Of a stretch of 64,000 nt of DNA, positions 28,058 to 37,929 are shown piece by piece (position 1 is the first letter of the stretch; every line of letters begins with the position of its first letter). The DNA is from Candidatus Saccharimonadia bacterium. Lineage in GTDB: Bacteria > Patescibacteriota > Saccharimonadia > UBA4664 > JBBRNT01. The DNA lies in NCBI GenBank assembly GCA_038230095.1, contig JBBRNT010000005.1, positions 18,619 to 82,618 on the forward strand, in the 5' to 3' direction. The position numbers and the translations under genes are program-made. The notes under the pieces were generated by a model. The model was given only the letters and a program-made list of their open reading frames with translations. It was not told the origin of the DNA and ran no database searches.

Positions 28058-28500
28058 GATTTCTTCTCTTTGGTTGCGGCTACCTTGCCTTTGGCCTTTG
28101 GTGCTGCCTTGGCGGCTACTTCGGGCTTTGCTGCCTTCTCGACTTTGGTCTTATCGGCTTTGTCGGCCTTGTCGCTCTTGTCAGACTTAGGCTTTGAGGC
28201 GTTTGGTGACACCTTGAACACACGCTCTTTCACACCGGCCTTGGAGACGGTATAGCCAACGCGAGCTGGCTTGCCAGTGGCTGGGTCGAGGACCATAACC
28301 TTGCTGACGTTAACACCCTTAGTAATTTCTAGGATGCCACCGCGGGGCTGCTTGTTGCTAGGCTTGGTGTGACGCTTGGCAATGTTGATGCCTTCGACAA
28401 CTACCTTGTTCTCGGTGGGTAGTACAGCTAGGATCTTACCGATCTTGCCCTTGTCGCGGCCAGCAATAACGACGACTGAATCGCCTTTACGGAGTTTCAT
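28054..28500 (-). CDS. rplX: 50S ribosomal protein L24 with a ~45-aa Lys/Ala/Asp-rich C-terminal tail
   Basis: KOW motif [23 protein letters not shown]... Confidence 0.92.
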   Translation of the reverse strand: MKLRKGDSVVVIAGRDKGKIGKILAVLPTENKVVVEGINIAKRHTKPSNKQPRGGILEITKGVNVSKVMVLDPATGKPARVGYTVSKAGVKERVFKVSPNASKPKSDKSDKADKADKTKVEKAAKPEVAAKAAPKAKGKVAATKEKKS

Positions 28501-28868
28501 TACAGCACCTCCGGAGCAAGTGAAATGATCTTCATATAGCCACCATCGCGGAGCTCGCGGGCAATTGGTCCAAAAATACGAGTGCCACGAGGTAGCTTGG
28601 CCTTATCGATCAGAACGGCAGCGTTATCGTCGAACCGGATGCTCGATCCATCAGGGCGAACGCAAATAGATGTAGTTCGCACAATAACGGCCTGCACGAT
28701 CTCCTTCTTCTTGACGCCGGCACCAGGAGTAGCTGACTTTACGCTAGCCGTGATGATATCGCCAACACCAGCGTAACGGCGGCGAGAGCCACCGAGCACC
28801 TTGATGCAGTATATTTCGCGGGCGCCACTATTGTCGGCGACGCGTAGTCTGGTTTCTGCTTGAATCAT
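28500..28868 (-). CDS. rplN: 50S ribosomal protein L14
   Basis: [28 protein letters not shown]... Confidence 0.93.
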   Translation of the reverse strand: MIQAETRLRVADNSGAREIYCIKVLGGSRRRYAGVGDIITASVKSATPGAGVKKKEIVQAVIVRTTSICVRPDGSSIRFDDNAAVLIDKAKLPRGTRIFGPIARELRDGGYMKIISLAPEVL

Positions 28869-29122
28869 ACGAGATCCTCCTGTGGAGCTGCGCTGATTAC
28901 CTTAGATACGGTAAAGCGCTTCTGAGCAGATAGCGGCCGAGTCTCACTAATTTCAACAACATCGCCAGTATGGCAGCTGTTGTCGGCATCATGAGCCTTG
29001 AACCGGGTAGTTACTTGGTACTTCTTGCGATAGATGGGATGTTCTTTGACACTGGCCACAGCAACCACCACTGTCTTGTCCATTTTGTCAGATACCACCG
29101 TCCCGCGTAATGTTCGAATCAT
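28865..29122 (-). CDS. rpsQ: 30S ribosomal protein S17
   Basis: ...[28 protein letters not shown]... Confidence 0.93.
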   Translation of the reverse strand: MIRTLRGTVVSDKMDKTVVVAVASVKEHPIYRKKYQVTTRFKAHDADNSCHTGDVVEISETRPLSAQKRFTVSKVISAAPQEDLV

Positions 29123-29334
29123 TGATTTTCTCCCTGGGCGGTTAGTTCACGCTGGCGCAGGACCGTCAGACTGCGAGCAACAATTCGTTTGTGGGCAGCA
29201 ATTTGCTTAACCCCAGTGACTTCCTTGGTGCGCATATCAATTGCAAGCGCTGCGATAGCTTTGCGACTATCTGCGACCAAATCGTGCAGCTCTTTATCGG
29301 ACTTTGCGACAATGTCTTTTAGTTTCATACTCAT
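29119..29334 (-). CDS. rpmC: 50S ribosomal protein L29
   Basis: [27 protein letters not shown]... Confidence 0.9.
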   Translation of the reverse strand: MSMKLKDIVAKSDKELHDLVADSRKAIAALAIDMRTKEVTGVKQIAAHKRIVARSLTVLRQRELTAQGENQ

Positions 29335-29335
29335 C

Positions 29336-29761
29336 TTAGTTCTCTCCCCCTGGGGTGTGACGCACTATGAAGCGTGTCTTGATTGGTAGTTTGGCGGCAG
29401 CGAGGCGCATGGCTTCTTTGGCAGTCGCTTCGTCAATGCCATCCATTTCGAACAGGATACGACCGGGACGGATCTTGGCCACATAGTGGTCTACAGCGCC
29501 TTTGCCTGAGCCCATTCGGACTTCGGCTGGCTTGGATGTTACGGGTGTATCAGGGAAGATACGGATCCAGATCGTACCACCGCGTTTGACGTAGCGGGTC
29601 ATGGCACGACGAGCGGACTCAATCTGACGGGCTGTCAGGCGTGCAGGAGCCTCAGCCTTGAGGCCGAACTTGCCGAAGGCAACTTCAACGCCACGGCTAG
29701 CTTCGCCGCGAATGCGACCCTTCTGCTGCTTGCGATATTTGGTTCTGCGTGGGAGTAACAT
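29336..29761 (-). CDS. rplP: 50S ribosomal protein L16
   Basis: [24 protein letters not shown]... Confidence 0.93.
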   Translation of the reverse strand: MLLPRRTKYRKQQKGRIRGEASRGVEVAFGKFGLKAEAPARLTARQIESARRAMTRYVKRGGTIWIRIFPDTPVTSKPAEVRMGSGKGAVDHYVAKIRPGRILFEMDGIDEATAKEAMRLAAAKLPIKTRFIVRHTPGGEN

Positions 29762-29772
29762 GCTATGACCTC

Positions 29773-30399
29773 TTAATATTTGTTACCACGGTAGATCCAG
29801 GTTTTGACACCAATGATCCCGTATGTTGTATGAGCCAGGGCGGTACCGTAGTCTATGTCGGCGCGAATAGTATGCAACGGAATGCTACCTACAGCAACCG
29901 TCTCGCGACGGCTCATCTCCGCACCATTGAGGCGGCCAGAAACGGTAACTTTGGCACCCATAGCGCCGGCCTTCATGGCGGTCTCAGTAGCCATCTTCAT
30001 AGCGCGACGGAAGGAAATACGACGCTCAAGCTGGCTGGCAAGGTTCTCGGCTACCAGGGTGGCAACCACTTCTGGCTTCTTGATCTCTTCGATACTGACC
30101 TTTACAGGACCAGTTGCAATCTTGGCTAGAAGCTTCTTGATCTCTTCAGCGCCACTACCCCCACGACCGATGACAACACCAGGCTTGGCGGTATGAATGG
30201 TAACTACCAGGACGTTGGGTGAGCGCTCTATGTCAATGCGAGCAACACCAGCACGCTTGCCTAGCTTCTTCTCTACAGCGTCGCGGAGCTTAATGTCCTG
30301 GACGAGCTGAGTAGCGTAGTCCTTATCGGCGAACCACTTAGACTGCCAGTCCTTATCGACCTGGAGCCGAAGGCTGCGTGGATTTACTTTCTGACCCAT
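29773..30399 (-). CDS. rpsC: 30S ribosomal protein S3
   Basis: [24 protein letters not shown]... Confidence 0.93.
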   Translation of the reverse strand: MGQKVNPRSLRLQVDKDWQSKWFADKDYATQLVQDIKLRDAVEKKLGKRAGVARIDIERSPNVLVVTIHTAKPGVVIGRGGSGAEEIKKLLAKIATGPVKVSIEEIKKPEVVATLVAENLASQLERRISFRRAMKMATETAMKAGAMGAKVTVSGRLNGAEMSRRETVAVGSIPLHTIRADIDYGTALAHTTYGIIGVKTWIYRGNKY

Positions 30400-30809
30400 T
30401 ACTTGGCCTCCTTGGTAGGTGTTGCTACAGCTACAGGCTTCTCGGTGACAGCTGGCTTGGCAGCGGCCGAAACAGTTGGCTGATCGTTTAACACGATGGT
30501 GATATGGCTTGATCGCTTCTTGATGCTACCAGCAGCGCCCTTGGCACGGGGGCGGAAGCGCTTAAGGGTAGGCCCAGGACCAATAAAGACTGATTCCACA
30601 ACTAGGCTGGTAGCGGACAAACGGTAGTTGTTCTCGGCATTGGCAATGGCGCTATCAAGCACCTTACCAATAGGGTTCGTGGCGCGCTTGTTCAGGTGCT
30701 GTAGGGTTACCTGAGCAGCCTTAGCATGCTGGCCGCGGATGGTAGCAGCAACCAGACCCAACTTGCGGGTAGATGTACCAACGAACTTAGCTGTAGCTTT
30801 AACTTTCAT
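30399..30809 (-). CDS. rplV: 50S ribosomal protein L22 with a C-terminal A/P/K tail
   Basis: [26 protein letters not shown]... Confidence 0.92.
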   Translation of the reverse strand: MKVKATAKFVGTSTRKLGLVAATIRGQHAKAAQVTLQHLNKRATNPIGKVLDSAIANAENNYRLSATSLVVESVFIGPGPTLKRFRPRAKGAAGSIKKRSSHITIVLNDQPTVSAAAKPAVTEKPVAVATPTKEAK

Positions 30810-31075
30810 TATTTGTCCTTCTTCCCGCCGTGGCCACGGAACTTACGGGTAGGAGCAAACTCGCCGAGCTTATGACCAACCATGTTCTCGGTGACAAAAA
30901 CCGGAACGTGTTGCTTGCCATTGTGTACGGCGAAGGTATGACCGACCATCTCCGGAGCAATAGTTGCTGGACGAGACCAGGTCTTCAGAACAGCTTTACT
31001 GCCAGCAGCAAGCTCAGTAACACGGCGCAGTAAGCGCTCATCAATAAATGGACCTTTTTTGAGTGATCTACTCAT
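30809..31075 (-). CDS. rpsS: 30S ribosomal protein S19
   Basis: [19 protein letters not shown]... Confidence 0.93.
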   Translation of the reverse strand: MSRSLKKGPFIDERLLRRVTELAAGSKAVLKTWSRPATIAPEMVGHTFAVHNGKQHVPVFVTENMVGHKLGEFAPTRKFRGHGGKKDK

Positions 31076-31915
31076 TTAACCTCTCCTGCCTTCACTGCGA
31101 CCACGAATGATCATGGCGTTGGTTGATTTACGTTTGCGTGTCTTGTAACCCAGAGCAGGCTTACCCCAAGGAGTAACCGGACCCTTACGCAGACCGATGT
31201 CGGTACCGCCTTCACCACCACCGTGACGGTGATCGACTGGGTTCATAGCCTTACCACGAACGGCTGGGCGCCAACCCATGTGACGCTTACGGCCAGCGCT
31301 ACCAATCTTAATGTTCTGGTGAGCTTCATTGCCGACGCCGCCAATGGTTGCGAGGCAGTTTTCGTGAATAAGACGGACTTCGCCAGATGGGAGCTTGACT
31401 TGGCAGAACTCACCTTCCTTGGCGACGAGCGAGGCCTTGACGCCGGCGCTACGAACCAGCTGGCCGCCCTTACCAAGCACGAGCTCAATATTGTAGATCT
31501 GGGTACCGACTGGGATGGCCTTAAGTGCGAGGCGATTGCCCTTCTTGATTTCGGCGTTCTCATCGCTTGAAATAACATCGCCGACCTTCATCTCGGAGCC
31601 AGCAATAATGTAGGCTAGCTTTCCACCCTCTATCTTAATAAGAGCGATGCGAGAGGTACGATTTGGGTCGTATTCAATAGCCTCAATAGTAGCGCTAGCT
31701 ATGCCGGCAAACTTGAAGTCTACGAGACGGTAGTGCTGCTTGGCACCACCACCGCGATGACGGATAGTGATCTTACCCTGATTGTTGCGACCTGAGCCGA
31801 CCTTTGATGCTACGAGAAGAGCCTTGGTAGGCTTCTTCTTGGTAATCATCGAGGTGTCTTGGGTAGTCATACCGCGACGAGCAGGGGTAGTAGGCTTGTA
31901 GAGTTTGAGTGCCAT
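31076..31915 (-). CDS. rplB: 50S ribosomal protein L2
   Basis: MALKLYKPTTPARRGMT... Confidence 0.93.
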   Translation of the reverse strand: MALKLYKPTTPARRGMTTQDTSMITKKKPTKALLVASKVGSGRNNQGKITIRHRGGGAKQHYRLVDFKFAGIASATIEAIEYDPNRTSRIALIKIEGGKLAYIIAGSEMKVGDVISSDENAEIKKGNRLALKAIPVGTQIYNIELVLGKGGQLVRSAGVKASLVAKEGEFCQVKLPSGEVRLIHENCLATIGGVGNEAHQNIKIGSAGRKRHMGWRPAVRGKAMNPVDHRHGGGEGGTDIGLRKGPVTPWGKPALGYKTRKRKSTNAMIIRGRSEGRRG

Positions 31916-32196
31916 TACTTTGCTCCCTCGAATAGGGCAATAGTCTGACCCTTCTTAAGAGTAACGATGGCTTTCTTGGCGTCTTTCTGGCGGCCAACAA
32001 TCTGGCGGAACCGCTTCTCTTTACCTTTGGCAATGATGATGGTAACGCCGGTAACGCTGACCTTGAACTCGGCTTCGACAGCCTTCTTGATCTCGATCTT
32101 GTTGGTGGTCATGGGAACTTCAAATACGTATTGGCCGCGGTCCGCTAGGAACATAGCCTTTTCGCTAATCTTGGGACGGAGTACTAGATAAGTCAT
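31915..32196 (-). CDS. rplW: 50S ribosomal protein L23
   Basis: ...EKAMFLADRGQYVFEVPMTTNKIEIKKAVE... Confidence 0.9.
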   Translation of the reverse strand: MTYLVLRPKISEKAMFLADRGQYVFEVPMTTNKIEIKKAVEAEFKVSVTGVTIIIAKGKEKRFRQIVGRQKDAKKAIVTLKKGQTIALFEGAK

Positions 32197-32867
32197 GATG
32201 CGGCCTCCACTTTGGCTTCTTTCTTAGCTGGGACCTTGGCGGCACCACTGAGCCAAGCAGTTACGAGTGGCAGGGCGTCTTCGGTCATAATGATGGTATC
32301 GGCGTTAAGAATGTCGAAGACATTCAGGTAGGTTGCAGTAACCACCTTGAGACCAGGAATGTTGCGAGTAGCGCGATCTGCGAGCAAGTCCTTCTGGCTA
32401 AGAACCAGGAGGATTGTACCTTCAAGGCCGAGCTTACCTAGCAGCTGTACAGTTGGCTTTACTGTACCCTCAGAAACGAAGGTCTCAATGATAGATATGC
32501 GCTTCTCGGAGGCCTGGAGCGACAGTGCCTGGGCTACGGCAGTGCGCTTGGTAGTAGTGGACATTTTCATTGAATAGTTCTCGATGCCAGTAGCACCGAA
32601 AACGACACCACCACTGCGCCAGTTTGGCACACGTGAGGAGCCGACACGAGCCCGACCAGTCCCCTTCTGACGCCAGGGTTTCTTACCACCACCACGGACT
32701 TCGCCGCGAGTAAGGGTCTTGGCATTGGCGGTACGGCCGTTGGCCAGATAGGTCTTGTAGGCTTGGCTAAGCAGCTTGTCGTTGGGGGTAAGCCCGAAGA
32801 CGCTGGTATCTAGCTTGATTGCTTTGTCTGACTTAGCGCCAGACTTAGTGTAGTGCAGTACAGTCAT
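32193..32867 (-). CDS. rplD: 50S ribosomal protein L4
   Basis: ...KTLTRGEVRGGGKKPWRQKGTGRARVGSSRVPNWRSGG... Confidence 0.93.
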   Translation of the reverse strand: MTVLHYTKSGAKSDKAIKLDTSVFGLTPNDKLLSQAYKTYLANGRTANAKTLTRGEVRGGGKKPWRQKGTGRARVGSSRVPNWRSGGVVFGATGIENYSMKMSTTTKRTAVAQALSLQASEKRISIIETFVSEGTVKPTVQLLGKLGLEGTILLVLSQKDLLADRATRNIPGLKVVTATYLNVFDILNADTIIMTEDALPLVTAWLSGAAKVPAKKEAKVEAAS

Positions 32868-33517
32868 GATGCGAGTCCTCGGATGATTACTAGGCCCTTC
32901 TTTGGACCAGGAACGGCGCCACGGATGGCGAGCAGACCCTGCTCTACGTCGACAGCGACCACACGTAGGTTCTTGACGGTCACGGTGTCTCCGCCCATAC
33001 GGCCGGCCATACGCATGCCCTTCATAACGTGCTGAGGAAACTGAGAACCAATAGAGCCAGGTTCACGATGGTTACGCGAACCGTGGCTCATAGGACCGCG
33101 GGCAAAATTATGGCGCTTGATGGTACCGGCAAAACCCTTACCTTTGCTGGTGCCAGTAACCTGGACTTCGTCGCCAGCCTCAAAGGCAGTAACGTCAATC
33201 TTGTCACCCAGGTTGAGGCCGAGCTCGGCTAGAGCCTCGTCGGTGGAAATGTCTTGGCCAGCGACAATGTCCTTGATGCGGAATTCGTGCAGGTACCGGG
33301 CGGTAGTATTGGCCGATTTCAGGTGACCCTGTTGAGGCCGTTTGACGTGAGCCGATTCGCCAAAACCAAGCTGGATGGCGTTGTAGCCATCGGTAGTTTT
33401 GGACTTGATCTGGGTGACGGTGCAGGGGCCAGCAACGACCAATGTTACGGGTGCAACATTGCCCTCCGCGTCGAAGATTTGAGTCATACCTAGTTTTGTG
33501 CCGAGCAGCGCTTTCAT
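32864..33517 (-). CDS. rplC: 50S ribosomal protein L3
   Basis: MKALLGTKLGMTQIFDAEGNVAPVTL... Confidence 0.93.
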   Translation of the reverse strand: MKALLGTKLGMTQIFDAEGNVAPVTLVVAGPCTVTQIKSKTTDGYNAIQLGFGESAHVKRPQQGHLKSANTTARYLHEFRIKDIVAGQDISTDEALAELGLNLGDKIDVTAFEAGDEVQVTGTSKGKGFAGTIKRHNFARGPMSHGSRNHREPGSIGSQFPQHVMKGMRMAGRMGGDTVTVKNLRVVAVDVEQGLLAIRGAVPGPKKGLVIIRGLAS

Positions 33518-33645
33518 GAAAAACCTTATCTGTAAGCAATAAATAATTCTGGCGAATGCGTGGTATCTGGCTAGACCTGCGCGCTCCCCAGTGATCAGTT
33601 TGAGTTTTTATGTCAGGGTTTAGGCCCTGAACATGGCTACCCGAA

Positions 33646-33674
33646 GATGATAGCAAGCAGAGCGCCAGCTGTCA
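33646..33674 (-). promoter_or_regulatory. sigma70-like promoter upstream of rplC (TTGACA-N17-TATCAT)
   Basis: Minus strand ttgacagctggcgctctgcttgctatcat. Perfect -35 hexamer, 17-nt spacer, 5/6 match at -10; ~125 nt upstream of the rplC ATG. Confidence 0.55.
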
Positions 33675-33686
33675 ACCGTATTACAC

Positions 33687-33956
33687 CTAGAAATGGACGA
33701 TAAGGAAAATGCCCGGACCGAAGAGGCCAATGAGGGCCGCCACTAGGAGCAGGGCATACTCAATCTTGCGATCCATCTGGAAGCGTTCGTGCCTGGCGAA
33801 GAGTAGCCCCAGGAGGAAGCCGACTGGGAATATGGCCTGATCGCCCCACTTGACCCAGACTAGGCCCAGAAACAGGTACAGGGCTAGCTTAAGTACGTAG
33901 GCGGTGCTCGACTCTCCTACTGGCTTCACTACTGGCTTGGCGGGGGTACGTGGCAC
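33687..33956 (-). CDS. hypothetical small membrane protein
   Basis: 89 aa with two hydrophobic helices; abuts the aquaporin gene stop. Confidence 0.5.
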   Translation of the reverse strand: MPRTPAKPVVKPVGESSTAYVLKLALYLFLGLVWVKWGDQAIFPVGFLLGLLFARHERFQMDRKIEYALLLVAALIGLFGPGIFLIVHF

Positions 33957-34574
33957 CTACTTCTCGAGTTCGGCTTCATGGTAGACCACAGAAGCCAGTA
34001 CACCACCGACGAGCGGTCCTACGCTGTAGAGTAGGAGCCAGGCCCAGTGCGTCGACAAATTACCAATATCAAACAGTAGCGGTCCAAGTCCAACGGCGGG
34101 GTTGAAGGCGCCCCCAGAGATAGGGCCGCCCGCATAGGCGCCGGCCAGGACAACAAAGCCGATAGCCAGGCCAAAGTAGCTATTGCCCTTCGTGGCCTTC
34201 GAGACAGCGGTATAGAGTACCGTGGTGACAAGGGCAAAGGTGAAGATGACCTCCACGAGCATGGCCTGGCCGAAGCTGGCGTCTATACCCGGCTGTACAG
34301 TAAACACGGTGCCCTTCAGGATGAAGTAGACAGCTGCAGCCACAAACGCTGCTGCAAGCTGGGTGGCGGCGTAGATGAGCGCCTGGTGCCGCTTAATGGC
34401 GCCGCGCAGGTACAGAGCCAGGGTAACGGCAGGGTTGTAGTAGGCACCGGAGATGGCGCCACCCATATAGACCATAGCCACTAGCACTGCACCAATGGCG
34501 AGCGGATTGCCTGTAAGCGCAACAACCAGAACTAGGAAAAATGTGCCAATAAACTCAACAACGTATTTTCGCAT
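33957..34574 (-). CDS. aquaporin / MIP-family channel
   Basis: Two NPA boxes (YNPAVTLA and FNPAVGLG) within a 6-TM fold. Confidence 0.88.
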   Translation of the reverse strand: MRKYVVEFIGTFFLVLVVALTGNPLAIGAVLVAMVYMGGAISGAYYNPAVTLALYLRGAIKRHQALIYAATQLAAAFVAAAVYFILKGTVFTVQPGIDASFGQAMLVEVIFTFALVTTVLYTAVSKATKGNSYFGLAIGFVVLAGAYAGGPISGGAFNPAVGLGPLLFDIGNLSTHWAWLLLYSVGPLVGGVLASVVYHEAELEK

Positions 34575-34583
34575 GACGGCCTC

Positions 34584-35093
34584 CTAGCCTTTATAGTATT
34601 CACGAACCTGGAAGAGCACATACAGTCCGAGGACGAGTGAAATAACGCCGGTTAGCACTGATGCCCGGTAAATATTCATCAGGACATTAACGAAGACGAC
34701 GACAATGAGTGCATTCCAGCCCTCTATTTGTCGTTTGAAGAGCCCGGGGAGTGCTACTACCAGGAAAGCCAGCTGGACCACATAGAAGATGGTTTGGAAG
34801 GCAAAGCTATTGGCTAGGCTTGGCAGGTACTGCTCAAGAACTTTGAAGCCCGGCAGGGTAAAGCGAACCAGCAGTAGAATGGCCTGGAGTTGGTACAGGG
34901 CGGCCAGGGCGACAGCCCACGGAGCATAGGTGACTATGGCTTTCTTGGCGTTAGTCGGTATCTGGACTGGTGCCTTCTCGACCAGGTAGTACTCACCCCA
35001 GCTCATGAGATCCTTCGGTTGGGCGGCGGTATGACGCTTGGGCGCTGACTGAGACTTAGGTTTTGCTTTAGGGGCGGGTTTCTTTGCGGCCAT
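34584..35093 (-). CDS. hypothetical membrane protein with an N-terminal Lys/Pro/Ala-rich tail
   Basis: 169 aa; basic N-terminus then 3-4 TM helices. Confidence 0.55.
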   Translation of the reverse strand: MAAKKPAPKAKPKSQSAPKRHTAAQPKDLMSWGEYYLVEKAPVQIPTNAKKAIVTYAPWAVALAALYQLQAILLLVRFTLPGFKVLEQYLPSLANSFAFQTIFYVVQLAFLVVALPGLFKRQIEGWNALIVVVFVNVLMNIYRASVLTGVISLVLGLYVLFQVREYYKG

Positions 35094-35500
35094 GGTTCAC
35101 CTCGAATAGATTAGTGCTCGTGCGTATATGAGGCTATTGTAATACGCTTGTGCTTAATTGCGAAGCCCTACGCCCACAAGAAGCGCATAATTATTGTAAG
35201 TTTGCACCATTGACGCGGCCCGTGAACATGCTAGGCTAGAAGCACCCGAAGTAGTAACGCTTAAAGCCAACTCATGTGAGGGCTGTAAGCCGAACTCAGC
35301 GTTTGGAGCTTCGCAACCATGAGCATGCAATTCGTACGAGGATTCCAGGCAAGTGCAAGTGAGGCCATAGTGAAGCTAACCGGGCTTGTACCTCTGACGC
35401 AAATCACTGATTGATATGAGAACTGGGCCTTGTTCGGCCGAGCCACGTCCACCAAAGTACACGGTGTCCACGGTACGTATCAACCAAACATACAGAGCGG

Positions 35501-35536
35501 AAAAACTCCTTGCGCGAACACGCTTGGAGTTTTTTC
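35501..35536. terminator. bidirectional intrinsic terminator downstream of the PIG-L gene
   Basis: aaaaactcc-ttgcgcgaacacgctt-ggagttttttcatt: stem with both an A-tract and a T-tract. Confidence 0.5.
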
Positions 35537-35558
35537 ATTGTCATTATTTCCGCGCGTA

Positions 35559-36281
35559 CTAGTCTATGTCGATACGGACAAAGCCCTCTGCCAGCATCAT
35601 GCCGCCGGCTTGACCCATCTGTGCAGCCACGCCCCGCATCATGGTCTGGGTGGCGGCAATGTCGGCCATTTGGCTGGCGTGGGCGGCCAGGGCCTCCATT
35701 TTGGTCTCAATACTGGTACTAATGTCCTCGTAGTAGTTACTGTGCTCGAAGTTGACGAGCAGCACGGTCCTGGTCTTATGTGGCTCGTGGCCCTCGGCCA
35801 GGAGCTCAGGGAAGCTGAGATGATCGCGTGAGAGTGGGAACACGGCATCCAGGGTGGCTTGCCCTGCGGCACGGTGATCTGGATGATTGATAAAGCCGAA
35901 GCTGGCAACGTAGACCATCGTAGGGTCCATAGTCATAACCACTTCGGGCCGCGTCTGGCGGATAAGACGGGCAAGATCGCGCTTAAGCTGGCGGGTTACT
36001 TCGAGAGCGCCGTCTTCATAGTCTAGGAACTGAACACTCTTAACACCCAGGATGTCTGCCGCAGCCTGCTGCTCTTGCTTACGGGTAGCAGTGAGCTGGG
36101 CGGGCGTCAGCGTCTTGTCTTCGGAGCCCTTGCCACCATCAGTAATAACAACGTAGTGGACTTCAGCGCCGGCAGCGGCCCACTTGGCAACGCTGCCAGA
36201 CATACCAAATTCTAGATCGTCTGGGTGGGCAGCAATGCAGAGGACGCGCTTGGGGTGGAGTGGTTCAAAAGTGGGATTCAT
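35559..36281 (-). CDS. PIG-L/LmbE-family N-acetylglucosaminyl deacetylase
   Basis: AHPDDLE metal-binding motif near the N-terminus; conserved HPDH motif later. Confidence 0.82.
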   Translation of the reverse strand: MNPTFEPLHPKRVLCIAAHPDDLEFGMSGSVAKWAAAGAEVHYVVITDGGKGSEDKTLTPAQLTATRKQEQQAAADILGVKSVQFLDYEDGALEVTRQLKRDLARLIRQTRPEVVMTMDPTMVYVASFGFINHPDHRAAGQATLDAVFPLSRDHLSFPELLAEGHEPHKTRTVLLVNFEHSNYYEDISTSIETKMEALAAHASQMADIAATQTMMRGVAAQMGQAGGMMLAEGFVRIDID

Positions 36282-36295
36282 AGTGCTAGTTTACC

Positions 36296-36910
36296 TCATA
36301 ATGGATGATCTTGACTGCGAGATTGAGCCGCCGTGGTCTTGGTGCGATCGGCGAAGTACGCGGCGTAGTAGGTCTCCAGCTGGGGTGTCAAGATGGGGGC
36401 CTCCGAGCCCAGGATAGAGTGACGCTCATCTGCCCGTTCAGATGGGTCGGCATAGGCCGTAAGCCGCTGGGTAATGTCTGAATCAGTGAGCTGTCCTAGG
36501 GCAACGCCAGACAGGTCATCAACACTCCGCTTGGCTTGGTCGCTCAAATGGCGGTAGGCCTGGTGTAGCATTTCGTGGGCAGCGGTGACAATCTCGTCGC
36601 TGGCCGACTCTCCGTCCCCAGCTTTCAGAATATAGATAATGCCATGGGTGGTGGTACAGCCGAGTGTACCCGCCGAGCAGTTGGTCTCTATGGTGGCCTT
36701 GTCCGCCAGGACGGGCCGTGACAGATAAAATAGACGCCGGCCCGCATCAGAGAACCCAGCCTGGGTAGCAAGCATGCTGACTTCGGCTGGAGCGCGATAG
36801 AAGCGGAGCGCCAGTTCATCGCTGAGCTCCCGTCGGTAGATAGCTGCTGCTACGAGCAGCCCAACAAGGAGGATGACGAAGAAGGCGTCGAACTGCCTGC
36901 TGGTATGCAT
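36296..36910 (-). CDS. hypothetical membrane-anchored protein with an HExxH motif, a putative zinc metallopeptidase-like fold
   Basis: N-terminal TM helix; TAAHEMLHQAYRH contains HEMLH. Confidence 0.45.
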   Translation of the reverse strand: MHTSRQFDAFFVILLVGLLVAAAIYRRELSDELALRFYRAPAEVSMLATQAGFSDAGRRLFYLSRPVLADKATIETNCSAGTLGCTTTHGIIYILKAGDGESASDEIVTAAHEMLHQAYRHLSDQAKRSVDDLSGVALGQLTDSDITQRLTAYADPSERADERHSILGSEAPILTPQLETYYAAYFADRTKTTAAQSRSQDHPL

Positions 36911-36911
36911 G

Positions 36912-37523
36912 CTAGGCGGGCTTACGACCAGCTAGACCCAGTAGACGGTCTTGTAGCGAGGCGCTATCAGCAACTTCCACAATAGGCCCAAGAACGTGCA
37001 TTTGCCGGAGCATGTCGCCCTCGGCCGACACATAGTCCCATAGCCCCTGGACTAGACCGGGCGGCATAGTAGCGTCCACCCCAATAAACGTAGCCAGGTC
37101 AAATACCCGGAAGCCGCGGTAGAGGGTAATATGCTCTAGATACTCGCGGACCTTGAAATCGCCGTAGCTCAGGTGCACCGTGCGGTCTAGATCGGCATCG
37201 GTCAGGGCTTGAACCGCTGCCACGGCCTTTTCCATATAGCCGTTCCAGCTAGCCATATAGTCTGCACCCATCAGATCACCAGCATAGGCCTCACCGACCT
37301 CGGCAATGGTTTTGCCGGCCAGGGTGTCTGGTACAAAGGCATCGTCGTAAATGTGGTAGTTAATAGTCTCGTGCAATGTGACCGGCTTGCTCGTCATACC
37401 GACCGGCAGGACCATGTCCCACTGCGCGGGCTTGATCTGGGCCACCACACCGGCTAGAGCGTGCTCGGCTATGACAAAAGTGCTGCGTATATCCATAGGG
37501 TTCCTCTGCTTATGCTTCGACAA
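36912..37523 (-). CDS. hypothetical protein, possibly DinB/YfiT-like; family assignment uncertain
   Basis: 203 aa, helical composition, conserved His residues. Assignment is by weak pattern similarity only. Confidence 0.35.
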   Translation of the reverse strand: MSKHKQRNPMDIRSTFVIAEHALAGVVAQIKPAQWDMVLPVGMTSKPVTLHETINYHIYDDAFVPDTLAGKTIAEVGEAYAGDLMGADYMASWNGYMEKAVAAVQALTDADLDRTVHLSYGDFKVREYLEHITLYRGFRVFDLATFIGVDATMPPGLVQGLWDYVSAEGDMLRQMHVLGPIVEVADSASLQDRLLGLAGRKPA

Positions 37524-37782
37524 ACTTCTTACCGTGCTCTACCAAGACATTGTCTAGCGCTGCGGCAAAGTTCTTGGCATCGGCAAATGCCATGGTGATA
37601 CGGCTGACCACCTGGCCTTCCAGTGCGCTCGGTGCTTCACCCGCCTGGCGGGGGTGCACATAGACAAAGTCAAAGGTGACCATACCGCCGTTGGCATTGA
37701 GTACCGTAACCTGGGCGATCTGGCTACCGACAGTACTATCATTGATCTTGAGTTCTTGTTGTACGTGGTCTGATTGGTCCAT
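37510..37782 (-). CDS. hypothetical small protein
   Basis: 90 aa; start overlaps the downstream gene by 14 nt. Confidence 0.5.
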   Translation of the reverse strand: MDQSDHVQQELKINDSTVGSQIAQVTVLNANGGMVTFDFVYVHPRQAGEAPSALEGQVVSRITMAFADAKNFAAALDNVLVEHGKKFVEA

Positions 37783-37929
37783 GTGTTCCGCCTCTTACAG
37801 TTCTATTGTACGCCCCAGACTCCACTTGCCATAGCTGCTAATCGCCAGATAGGTCGAACAAAACTACCAATCCAACACCTTCCAAATAATTGACCCGCTG
37901 TCTGAAAGACAGCGGGTCTGGGGAGGCAG

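Noticed and set aside
35130-35536. An RNase P RNA or other housekeeping ncRNA on the + strand, ending at the terminator at 35501
   Set aside because: I could not find the conserved P4 (AGGAAAGUCCGGGCUCC), GGUAAGAGCGCACC, SRP domain IV or tmRNA tRNA-like signatures. A segment like AACCGGGCUUG occurs, but in the wrong order relative to a CR-V-like element. The terminator is also bidirectional and is explained by the convergent PIG-L gene.
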